From Flavobacteriales bacterium (GTDB taxonomy: Bacteria; Bacteroidota; Bacteroidia; Flavobacteriales_F; PHOS-HE28): DNA of 64,000 bases. Positions 25,606 through 34,703 of the stretch are shown here, piece after piece; position 1 is the first letter of the stretch, and every line of letters starts with the position of its first letter. The notes under the pieces are model-generated. The model was not told the origin of the DNA, did no database searches, and worked only from the letters and a program-made list of their open reading frames with translations. The stretch covers positions 3,244,420 through 3,308,419 of the forward strand of contig CP065018.1 of NCBI GenBank assembly GCA_016700415.1. Reading direction: 5' to 3'. Made by a program: the position numbers and the translations under genes.

Positions 25606-27851
25606 TTACCAGCTTCTTTAATGAATGATGCGGTGGTGCTGCCCTTTGTTCCGATCGTCCGCAGCAAGTAGGTGCCATTGGCCAAGGTGGAGATGTCGAT
25701 CCCTTCCGCTCCGGAGGTGAGCGTTGCTTGAAGGACGATCCTGCCGTCCACGGCTTGAATGGTGATGTAGTATGGCGTGCCTCCGCACTCCGGGCAAGAA
25801 GCGTAGATCCGGTCGCTCGCCGGGTTCGGGTACACCTTGGACCCGTCCCTCATCACTTCACCCACCGCCGTACTGAAGTCCGCCACCAGCACGCTCGGCT
25901 CGGTGGTCACCGGCGGGTTGAAATCGAAGTAGATGTTGGCGGAATTGCTGATCTCCGTTCCCGGCAACAGGGGCAGCACCGGACGAATGCGGAATGTCAC
26001 TTGCCCATGACTGCGGCCCTCGTTCACGTTGCTGTCCGGAAGCAGGATGTTGGCGAAGCGCCACTCCACGGTACGGCCGGGTTTGAAGCTTACTTCGAAC
26101 GGATGCGATGCGATCCCTTGTTCAAAGGTTCCCATGTCCAAGGTCGCAGGAAGTACATCGCGGACCACCACGGTGAAGGCTGTATCCGTACCTGTGTTCT
26201 GGAAGCGGATGGTGTAGTCCATCCATTCGTCCTGATCGATGAAATAGAGGCTCTCGCTCGCACCGGTGCTGGTGTGCACCAACTTGTCGTTCGGGTCATA
26301 GCTCGCGGTGAACACGGCATTCCATGTGGCTGCGTTGTTCGCGAGATCGGATTCGGTAATGCTTTGGCTGGCACTTGCCAGATGGCTGAAGGGTAGCCCG
26401 AAGAGCCCAATGTCGGCCGGGACCTGCAGCAGGACGGATGCTTCCACTTGATCAAATCCATTGAGCGCAGGCAAGCTCCAGGTCACCGTATTACCCGCCA
26501 CGGAAAGCGGTGCAGGTTCCGCGCTGATGAAACTCATTTGCGGATCGAATTCCATCGTGGCCGTGATCGATCCGGAAGCTTGTCCACTCGTGTTCCGAAT
26601 ACGCATCCATGTGCTGTGTTCGAAACCGATCCGTGCAGGTCCGGCGCTGATCGTGGTGACCAGGTCCAAGGGCACGAGGCTGCTATCGGCCACATTCACC
26701 ACTTGGTTCACGCCACTAACGACCACAGGTATCGGCTGCACAGTAGGACAGATCGGGTAGAGTTCCGTGCCCGTGCCTTCCACTTCCATGCTGTAACTCC
26801 CATTGGCCAAATTGATCCCGTAATTCCCGTTCGAACTGGTGATCGCATAGAATGGACCCGGTGTGAATTCGATGAGCCGGTGACGCAAGGCCGGATCGTT
26901 CGCATCCTTCACACAATCCTGGTCGTGATCGATGAAGACCTGCCCGCTCACTTGTGCGCATTGACCCAGCCAATCCGGAACTTCCACATACATGGAATCC
27001 ACACAGTAGAGCTGGCCTCCTTCATCATTGGGCACCGTGCCGAGGATATCCGGATCGGTGATGATCCAATACGCTCCCGCAGCGAGGTTGGAGAAGTTGA
27101 AGGAGGTGTTGTTGGATACGTCCTGACCACCAAAGTTGAATTGTTGACTGGGAGGGATCTGTCCATTCAATGTGCGGATGTTCACCCGGAAGTATTGCCC
27201 GGAAGCCACGCCACTCACCGCTACACTGATGCGTCCGTTGCTCCCATTACACGCACCCAGCACACTAGGGATCTGCACGGTCGGTTGCACGAATGTGGAC
27301 GAGAGCTGCAGGTAGGTCGATCCCGGACAGCCACTACCATCGGTCCAATCCACCGTTACCCAGCTCCCCGGGGCCGTATCCATCCAGATCGCGTAGTAGC
27401 TGTATTGGGCACTCATATCACTGAAGTTGCCGAACAAGGTGCCCGGCGTGGTGATCGAATGTGGCTCGGGTCCATGGTGCGGGTCATCCAAGTAGACAAA
27501 GGCATAAGGGTCGTCTCCGGGGCAATTCACGAGGCCGTCGAACCCGCCCTGATAATTCGGGTGAAAGCTGGTCACGAGGATCTCCTCATCGTCCGTGGCC
27601 ATGTCGCTCAGCGCGTCGGTCACAGTAACCGAATAGATGCCCGGTGGCAGGAATTCGATCACCGGGTCGGTGGAACCATTGCTCCACAGGTAGGTATATG
27701 GCCCTGTTCCTCCGGAGACTTCCGCAGTGAGGTAGCCCAGAGACTGGCCGCAAGGTGCATCCGAGGCCTTCCAAATGCTCACTGAAACCGCAGAACATGG
27801 GAGCGAGCAGAGCAGGAATGTCGCCAAGGCGATCGTGTTGTTCCGGTTCAT
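25602..27851 (-). CDS. T9SS-secreted SprB-repeat / DUF11 / DUF7619-type protein (array member 5)
   Basis: SGGTGPYTYLWSNG, ASYDPNDK...YTIRFQNTGTD, CTD VYPNPASD...GTYLLR. Confidence 0.85.
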   Translation of the reverse strand: MNRNNTIALATFLLCSLPCSAVSVSIWKASDAPCGQSLGYLTAEVSGGTGPYTYLWSNGSTDPVIEFLPPGIYSVTVTDALSDMATDDEEILVTSFHPNYQGGFDGLVNCPGDDPYAFVYLDDPHHGPEPHSITTPGTLFGNFSDMSAQYSYYAIWMDTAPGSWVTVDWTDGSGCPGSTYLQLSSTFVQPTVQIPSVLGACNGSNGRISVAVSGVASGQYFRVNIRTLNGQIPPSQQFNFGGQDVSNNTSFNFSNLAAGAYWIITDPDILGTVPNDEGGQLYCVDSMYVEVPDWLGQCAQVSGQVFIDHDQDCVKDANDPALRHRLIEFTPGPFYAITSSNGNYGINLANGSYSMEVEGTGTELYPICPTVQPIPVVVSGVNQVVNVADSSLVPLDLVTTISAGPARIGFEHSTWMRIRNTSGQASGSITATMEFDPQMSFISAEPAPLSVAGNTVTWSLPALNGFDQVEASVLLQVPADIGLFGLPFSHLASASQSITESDLANNAATWNAVFTASYDPNDKLVHTSTGASESLYFIDQDEWMDYTIRFQNTGTDTAFTVVVRDVLPATLDMGTFEQGIASHPFEVSFKPGRTVEWRFANILLPDSNVNEGRSHGQVTFRIRPVLPLLPGTEISNSANIYFDFNPPVTTEPSVLVADFSTAVGEVMRDGSKVYPNPASDRIYASCPECGGTPYYITIQAVDGRIVLQATLTSGAEGIDISTLANGTYLLRTIGTKGSTTASFIKEAGK

Positions 27852-30034
27852 GGATGTGTGGATCTGAGCAAGGTGATGGTGCTGACACCTTCGTTGGTCT
27901 GTAGACGGAGCATGTACGCTCCGGTAGCAGCCGTGTGGATATCAATGGTCTCTTCGCTGCCTGTGGTTCGTCCGTTCAGCACAATTCGGCCATCCGCTGC
28001 AACGAGCGCCCATGGTGCATTGATAGGGGTTCCAGCGGGCCAACTCACACGTACGTGGTCATTGGCAGGGTTCGGGTACAACTTCACTCCATCCCGCTGT
28101 CGTTCCACCATCCCCGTACTGAATTCCGCCACCAATACGCTCGGATCGGTGATCACCGGCTCGTTGAAGTCGAAGTAGATGTTGGCGATGTTCTCGATGG
28201 TGGTACCGGGAAGCAGTGGCAATACCGGTTTGATCCGGAAGGTCACCAGACCGTGGCTCGCGGCCTCGTTGGCATTGCTGTCCGGCAGGTTGATGTTATC
28301 GAAGCGCCACTCCACCACCCTACCGGGCTTGAAGGAAACATCGAATGCATTTGACGCGACACCTTGCTCAAAACTCAGCATGTCCAGGTCCTCGCTGAGC
28401 GTATCGGTAACGATCACGAAGTAGGCTTCAGCCGTTCCTGTGTTCTGGAATCGTATCGTGTAGTCGATGTATTCGTCCACATCGATGAAGTAGTTGCTTT
28501 CGCTGCTGCGCGAACTGGTCAGAGCGGTCTTGTCGTTCGGGTCGAAACTGCCGACCACCGTTGCAAGGACAGTACGCGTGTTGTTCGTCAGGTCCGGTTC
28601 GGGTTCCGTGTTGGACGCAGTGATGGAATGGGTCAAGGTCGTGCCAAGCGCTGTGCCTACTGGTACGTTGGCCACCACATGCATAGCTTCACCTTGGAAG
28701 CTGGTGAATGCGGGGAACTCCCACGTCAACGTATTCCCGATCACCGTACTGGGAGTCGGTATTGCACCGAGATAATCGACCGCAGGATCAAGCGTCATCG
28801 ATACGGAAACAGCTCCGCTCAGCTGCGGTGATCGGTTCCCCACACTACCGTGAATGGTGACATCGAAGCCCGGCCTGGACTGCCCGGAAGCGATGGAAAC
28901 ACCTAGGTCAAGAGGAGCTGTACTTCCATTGGCGAAGTCGATCACGGTCGTGTTCGCGTTCACTGTGAACGGCACGGGTTGGGTTGCGGGGCAGATCGGG
29001 ATCAACGTCGGGTCGGTCTGTTCCAGTGTGTAATTGCCATTGATGAGTGGGAAAAAGAATGACCCAATTGGGTTGGTCAAAAGCACATCACCGCTGGGTT
29101 GAAGCAAGAGTGGACTGTATGGAATGCCGACCTCATCCACATCACGAATGCAATCGCCGTTGGAGTCGTACCAGCTGGTTCCGGAAACCCATCCACATGC
29201 CGGACCAAGGCTCGGGACCGTGAACCAAAGTGTGTCATGATCACAAGGCCCGACAAGCAATTCGATCGTAAGTCCAAGACCCCATGTGATGCCATAGTTC
29301 CCGGGGAATATGGATGTGATCGTCCCGTCCAAGGTACCGGGGTCCACATTCCCGGAACTGACCAATGCCCCGCTCTCATTGACAAGCATGATGTATGCGT
29401 CGTTCACAGTGCTTGGAACTTGGTAGCTCACACTCCCGGTGCTCTGATTGGAGCAAGAAGGCTCAATGTTCGTGATCGTCAACGTAGGCCACGTGGTGAT
29501 CTGCGGGCCGATGATCCCGCTGATCGTTCCGGTACAGCCATTACCATCCGCAAAGTCGTAGGTATAGGTTCCGCTACCGGGGGGGGAGAAGACGAATAGT
29601 CCCTGAACGCTCCCCGGCGCTGGGTCCATGGGTACGCCGTTCACATACCACGGCTCAACGGCACCGGGTGGTGGCTCGAAATCACCCCCCGGGAAGAGCT
29701 GTGCGGGTGCATCGCAATACGGCCAGGGCTGGCCCATATTGATCACATAGGGAATGGAGGCGACAACGGTTTGGTCACTGACCTGATCACTGTTCGAATC
29801 CGTCACGGTCACCGAATAGTTTCCGTTAACGAGGTTCGTGCGGTACCCCTCTGTGTTTCCGTCGCCCCACAGGTAGGTGTATGGTGGCAAGCCACCCGAC
29901 ACGTTCACAACGATCTCCCCGTTCCCGTAACCACAACGCTCGTGGGAAACGAGCAGGGACATGGATAGGGGATCCGCACTGCAAAGTGTCGGAATTGGTG
30001 CGGCAAACAGGAAAAGGCGTAATGCCCAATTCAT
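27848..30034 (-). CDS. T9SS-secreted SprB-repeat / DUF11 / DUF7619-type protein (array member 4)
   Basis: SGGLPPYTYLWGDG, GSFDPNDK...YTIRFQNTGT, CTD LYPNPAND...GAYMLR. Confidence 0.85.
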   Translation of the reverse strand: MNWALRLFLFAAPIPTLCSADPLSMSLLVSHERCGYGNGEIVVNVSGGLPPYTYLWGDGNTEGYRTNLVNGNYSVTVTDSNSDQVSDQTVVASIPYVINMGQPWPYCDAPAQLFPGGDFEPPPGAVEPWYVNGVPMDPAPGSVQGLFVFSPPGSGTYTYDFADGNGCTGTISGIIGPQITTWPTLTITNIEPSCSNQSTGSVSYQVPSTVNDAYIMLVNESGALVSSGNVDPGTLDGTITSIFPGNYGITWGLGLTIELLVGPCDHDTLWFTVPSLGPACGWVSGTSWYDSNGDCIRDVDEVGIPYSPLLLQPSGDVLLTNPIGSFFFPLINGNYTLEQTDPTLIPICPATQPVPFTVNANTTVIDFANGSTAPLDLGVSIASGQSRPGFDVTIHGSVGNRSPQLSGAVSVSMTLDPAVDYLGAIPTPSTVIGNTLTWEFPAFTSFQGEAMHVVANVPVGTALGTTLTHSITASNTEPEPDLTNNTRTVLATVVGSFDPNDKTALTSSRSSESNYFIDVDEYIDYTIRFQNTGTAEAYFVIVTDTLSEDLDMLSFEQGVASNAFDVSFKPGRVVEWRFDNINLPDSNANEAASHGLVTFRIKPVLPLLPGTTIENIANIYFDFNEPVITDPSVLVAEFSTGMVERQRDGVKLYPNPANDHVRVSWPAGTPINAPWALVAADGRIVLNGRTTGSEETIDIHTAATGAYMLRLQTNEGVSTITLLRSTHP

Positions 30035-30039
30035 GGGGG

Positions 30040-32328
30040 TCAGTATTTGGTGAACCGTTTTGTGATCCTGGTGCCGTCGTCGAAATGCAGTTCTGCGAAG
30101 TAGACGCCGGCCGGTAAGCCGGCGGTGTCCATGGAGATGGTAGAACCTTGATGCTTGCTAACGGCGATGGATCGGCCATCCGCAGCGAACAGCCGAAGTG
30201 ATGTGATGGATCCGCTCGTTACTGCAATGGTGATCCGGTCATGCGCCGGGTTGGGCGAGAAGGACACTCGGCGGTCGACTACGTTACCCGCAACGCCCGT
30301 GCTGAACTCCGCCACCAGCACGTTCGGCCCGGTGATCACCGGTTCATTGAAGTCGAAATAGATGTTGGCGGTATTGGCGATCTCGGTTCCGACAAATAGC
30401 GGTTGCATCGGCTTGATGCGGAAGCTCACCAAGCCGTGGCTCAGTGCCTCGTTCGTTGTGCTGTCCGGAAGCAGAATGTTCGAGAAACGCCACTCCACCA
30501 CACGGCCCGCCTTGAAACGAACATCGAACAGGTGGGAAGCCGCACCTTGCTCAAAGCTCGACATGTCCAATGCTGCGCTCAACGTGTCTGTTATGATCAC
30601 GGTGAAGGCGGTATCGTTCCCGGTGTTCTGGAAGCGGATGGTGTAATCGATATGATCGTCCTGATCGATGAAATACTGCGTATCGCTCAGTCCACTGCTG
30701 GTGCGCGCGATCTTATCGTTCGGGTCCAACGATGCGGTAACCACGGTGCCCGCGTTCACTGCATTGTTGGTGTAGTTGCTTTCAGCGAGAGTGTTGGAGA
30801 CGCTCAGGGCATGGACCACCGGCGTACCCACCGCAGTGCCGACAGGAACAAGTGTTTCCACGGACAGCTGTGCTGAACCGAACAGGCCGAATGCCGGAAG
30901 TTCCCACGTCAGCGTGTTGCCCACTACCGTGGTCGGTGCAGGCGTGGCGTTCACATAGTTGACGTCGTTATCCAGGATCAGCGTAATGGTAACAGCACCG
31001 CTCTGTTGCGGAGCGAAGTTGTGGACCAGGGCATGGACGAGGCTGATGGATCCCGGTCGCGCAGCGCCGCACGACGCGAAGGCAACAAGGTCCAACGGAT
31101 GGGTGCTTCCATTGGCCAGGTCGATCGTGGTCCCGTCATCATTCACGGTGAACGGGACCGGCTGGACCACGGGACAAATGGGGATGAGCGAAGGATCCGA
31201 CTGCGTAAGTGTGTAGGAACCGTCAACGAGTTCGAACTGGTAGGTACCATCCGCGCCGGTGAGGGCCCATTCCGGTCCGGGCTCGATCCGTAGCGTGGTG
31301 TAGGGTATGCCAACATCCTCGGCATCGAGCACACAATCGCCATTCACATCGTACCAGCTTGTTCCGGCAACAGTGCCACAGGATACGCCGATGTCCGGGA
31401 TGGTGAACATCACCGAGTCGGCGCAAGTCCCTATAAAGCTCGGCAGCACACCGAAGAGGCAATACTCGTCCACGTCCAGCACGGCCCAGTAGTCTCCCGG
31501 CGCCAGTATGGAGAAGGGAATGTTGAGGCCGGAGAATCCTCCGGGCTGTTCACCCAGACAAGGCGTCTCGTAGACAACCACACCCGATGCGTTCTTCAAG
31601 GCGAAGTGCAGGTCGTTGTCGTTCGGAACTGCGGGCACGTATACTGTGGCCGTACCCGTGGCACCATCGCTACAGGAGCCGCCGATGCCCGAAATGGTGA
31701 TCGCAGGCAATACGACGGGTTCATGGATGTTCCAGAAGAAAGATCCCGGGCAGCCCAAGGCATCGGTGTAGAAGATGTGCGTTGTCCCCGGCGGATCGTT
31801 GATCTCGATCACATACCATTGTCCGTTCTGCGAGATCGATTGCCCCAACACCCCGCTGCCGGAGAACGTTGCCGGTGCGATGGGATTGAGCCCACCGGCA
31901 TCATCGACCGGGAAAAGGGCATATCCCTCACCGTATGTGCATGAACTCATGGTGGCCACCGGGAACACCTGCGGGTACTCGCTCACGAAGGTCACATCGG
32001 CGGAGGCCTGCGCCGTAGTACCGTCATCGTCCGTGACCGTGACCGTATACGTACCCACCGGCAGGTCAAAGATCGTGTTCGTGGTAGCCCCATTGCTCCA
32101 AGCGATCGTGTAAGGCGGAACACCACCGCTCGGTTGGGCCCTCATGGAACCGCGTGCTTGCCCACAGGGAGCTTGACCTTGATAAACGGTGATGGAAACG
32201 GAAAGGCACCAAGCGGATGTGCCGAAGGCCAAAGCCACGCACAGCAATGCTGATCGGTGCAACATGTTCAAGGATCGTGCTGATATGCAGAGCATGATCC
32301 GATCCATGGTGGGTGTGCTTGTGTTCAT
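30040..32328 (-). CDS. T9SS-secreted SprB-repeat / DUF11 / DUF7619-type protein (array member 3); start may be 32265
   Basis: SGGVPPYTIAWSNG, ASLDPNDK...YTIRFQNTGND, CTD FSPNPAHD...GVYFAE. Confidence 0.85.
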   Translation of the reverse strand: MNTSTPTMDRIMLCISARSLNMLHRSALLCVALAFGTSAWCLSVSITVYQGQAPCGQARGSMRAQPSGGVPPYTIAWSNGATTNTIFDLPVGTYTVTVTDDDGTTAQASADVTFVSEYPQVFPVATMSSCTYGEGYALFPVDDAGGLNPIAPATFSGSGVLGQSISQNGQWYVIEINDPPGTTHIFYTDALGCPGSFFWNIHEPVVLPAITISGIGGSCSDGATGTATVYVPAVPNDNDLHFALKNASGVVVYETPCLGEQPGGFSGLNIPFSILAPGDYWAVLDVDEYCLFGVLPSFIGTCADSVMFTIPDIGVSCGTVAGTSWYDVNGDCVLDAEDVGIPYTTLRIEPGPEWALTGADGTYQFELVDGSYTLTQSDPSLIPICPVVQPVPFTVNDDGTTIDLANGSTHPLDLVAFASCGAARPGSISLVHALVHNFAPQQSGAVTITLILDNDVNYVNATPAPTTVVGNTLTWELPAFGLFGSAQLSVETLVPVGTAVGTPVVHALSVSNTLAESNYTNNAVNAGTVVTASLDPNDKIARTSSGLSDTQYFIDQDDHIDYTIRFQNTGNDTAFTVIITDTLSAALDMSSFEQGAASHLFDVRFKAGRVVEWRFSNILLPDSTTNEALSHGLVSFRIKPMQPLFVGTEIANTANIYFDFNEPVITGPNVLVAEFSTGVAGNVVDRRVSFSPNPAHDRITIAVTSGSITSLRLFAADGRSIAVSKHQGSTISMDTAGLPAGVYFAELHFDDGTRITKRFTKY

Positions 32329-34589
32329 GGTCGGGAGAGTTTTTGGAATGGGATGGTATACCGCCGTTGAGCGGTGAACAGCGTGATCAGGTAGATGCCG
32401 TCGCTAAGGGATCCGACATCCACTGATCCGGGCTCGGTGTTGAACATCCCTGAGGCCAGCCTTCGCCCATCCATGCTGGTGATGGTCCACCGCGCGTTCG
32501 GCATACCGCTCAGTGCAATGCTATTGATCGCGGGATTAAGAAAAAGCTTCACCTCGGACAGATGTTCATCAATACCCGTACTGAACTCCGCAGTAAGTAT
32601 GCTCGGCGCGGTGATCACGGGATCATTGAAGTCAAAGAAGATGTTCGCGGTGTTGGTTATCTGCGTGCCCGCTGTGAGCGGAAGGCGCGGGCGGATACGG
32701 AAGGAGACGAAGCCGTGGCTGGCCGCTTCGTTGGAATTGCTATCGGGGAGCATGATGTTCGGAAAAATGAACTTCAGTAGGCCTTGGCCGCTCAACGAAC
32801 GCGTGCCCGTGTGTGAAAAAGCGCCCCACTGCACCGTGGCCGGGTCAAGCGTGTTCGGCAAGGTGTCCGTGATGATCACGGTAAAGGCCGTGTCAGTACC
32901 CGTGTTCTGGAAGCGGATGGTGTAGTCGATCCATTCATCCACATCGATGAAGTACTGCGTGCTGCTGGACCGACTGCTTGTGGTGGCGACCTTGTCGTTC
33001 GGGTCGAAGCTGCCTGTAACGAGCTGGGCCGATGTGGCCGTGTTGTTCGCAAGGTCGATCTCCGGATTCGCGGTGGTCAGTTCAATGGAGGTGTTCAAGG
33101 TGCTTCCGATCAACCCGACATCCGATGCCACCAGGAAATCCACGCGGAAGTCGATCGCTTGAAAGACCGAATTCATCATGAGCTGCGGTGCGGTCCATGT
33201 GATGGTGTTGCCCACCACCGAGGTTGGCGTTCTTGTCGCGTTCAAGTACGTCAGGTCCGGGTCGAATTCCATGGAGAGCGTCACCGTGCCAGGCGAGGCC
33301 GAGGTAAGGTTCTGCAGGTGAATGCCATAGCGCAACTCGAAACCGGGCCGTGCCGGACCGTTCGCAATGGCCACCTCTACATCCAAGGGCACACCGCCTT
33401 CGCAACCGATGTTCAAGGTCTGTGTAACTCCGGCATTGATCGTCACATCTCCCGGGCAAGACTGGGTGAATGTGGGGTTCTGCTCTGTGAACGTGTAGTC
33501 GCCGAAAGGCAGTGCAAGGGTGTAGAGCCCAGTGCTCGATGTGGTCACGTAGGTGGGTCCGGGAGTGATGGCGATGATGCTGGAAGGGATGCGGTTCTCA
33601 CCGCCGTTCCGGATGCAGTTCGCATTCTCATCGATGTACAACTGACCGGTCACCACCCCGCAATCCTCCGTCAACGCGGGTACAGTCACCATGATCGAGT
33701 CCTTGCACTCCAGATAGGAATAGGTGCCCTCTTGAAAGATCCCGAGGGCATCGCTGCTCATAATGAGCCAATAATCCCCTGCTTCCAGATCACTGACCGT
33801 CTGTCCCGTGGTCCCACTAGCAAGATCGTAACTATAGTTCAAGTGACCACAGGAAGAAGGATCGCCATCGGAGCGCCAACGGATGGAGTAACTCGAATTG
33901 ATGTCGGTTCCTTGGCAAGCGAAGGTGAAGGAGCCCGTGGTGTAGTTGGGACAACTGGGAGATACATCGATCACCTGCAGGTCCGGCCAGGTCATTTCGC
34001 CACCAAGGACCACGTCGAAGGTGCCCGGGCAGCCGTTCGCGTCGGTATAGTCGAGTTGGTAGGAGCCGGGCTGCACACCATCAAAGGTCAAGAGTTCCCA
34101 GACGACCCCGTTCGGATCATTGCACGAGGTGGATTGCCCCAAATGCGTTAGTCCCGGACCCGTGAAGCTGTAAGGGTTCGGGCCGTAGATGTCATCTTCC
34201 GGCGGTTGCACACCGGGTTGGTTCATACCTGTAAAGACCGCAAGGTGCATGGGATCTCCCGGACAGTGCATGAGGATCGGAGGCAGGTTCACTCCATAAT
34301 CGTAGCTGTTCAGCAAAGGCACCTCACCGTCCGCTGTGGCCTCGTCCAATTGCGAATCGGTGACCACCACCGTATACATGCCCGGAGGGAGCCCCGGGTT
34401 GTACTGTTCCGTGGAACCATTGCTCCATTGGACGTCGTAGGGAGGGACTCCTCCACTGACATTAGCTATGAGGGTCCCCGAGGCCCTGCCGCAATAGGAG
34501 GGCCTGACCACACTGATCGTGACCGTGAGCGCTTGTATTGCGATGGATGCGAACAAAGCCGTAGTGAAGAGTAGAGGTCGTTTCATCAT
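32325..34589 (-). CDS. T9SS-secreted SprB-repeat / DUF11 / DUF7619-type protein (array member 2)
   Basis: SGGVPPYDVQWSNG, GSFDPNDK...YTIRFQNTGTD, CTD LFLNPAIN...GIYLIT. Confidence 0.85.
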   Translation of the reverse strand: MMKRPLLFTTALFASIAIQALTVTISVVRPSYCGRASGTLIANVSGGVPPYDVQWSNGSTEQYNPGLPPGMYTVVVTDSQLDEATADGEVPLLNSYDYGVNLPPILMHCPGDPMHLAVFTGMNQPGVQPPEDDIYGPNPYSFTGPGLTHLGQSTSCNDPNGVVWELLTFDGVQPGSYQLDYTDANGCPGTFDVVLGGEMTWPDLQVIDVSPSCPNYTTGSFTFACQGTDINSSYSIRWRSDGDPSSCGHLNYSYDLASGTTGQTVSDLEAGDYWLIMSSDALGIFQEGTYSYLECKDSIMVTVPALTEDCGVVTGQLYIDENANCIRNGGENRIPSSIIAITPGPTYVTTSSTGLYTLALPFGDYTFTEQNPTFTQSCPGDVTINAGVTQTLNIGCEGGVPLDVEVAIANGPARPGFELRYGIHLQNLTSASPGTVTLSMEFDPDLTYLNATRTPTSVVGNTITWTAPQLMMNSVFQAIDFRVDFLVASDVGLIGSTLNTSIELTTANPEIDLANNTATSAQLVTGSFDPNDKVATTSSRSSSTQYFIDVDEWIDYTIRFQNTGTDTAFTVIITDTLPNTLDPATVQWGAFSHTGTRSLSGQGLLKFIFPNIMLPDSNSNEAASHGFVSFRIRPRLPLTAGTQITNTANIFFDFNDPVITAPSILTAEFSTGIDEHLSEVKLFLNPAINSIALSGMPNARWTITSMDGRRLASGMFNTEPGSVDVGSLSDGIYLITLFTAQRRYTIPFQKLSRP

Positions 34590-34703
34590 CGGCGGGATCG
34601 GTTTCTATGGGTAAGACGCAAGAAAGCGGATCGGATGTCTCAATTGGTTCAACTTACTGGCCCGACTGCTCGGACAACAACACATCAGAGATCGCTCCCT
34701 GAC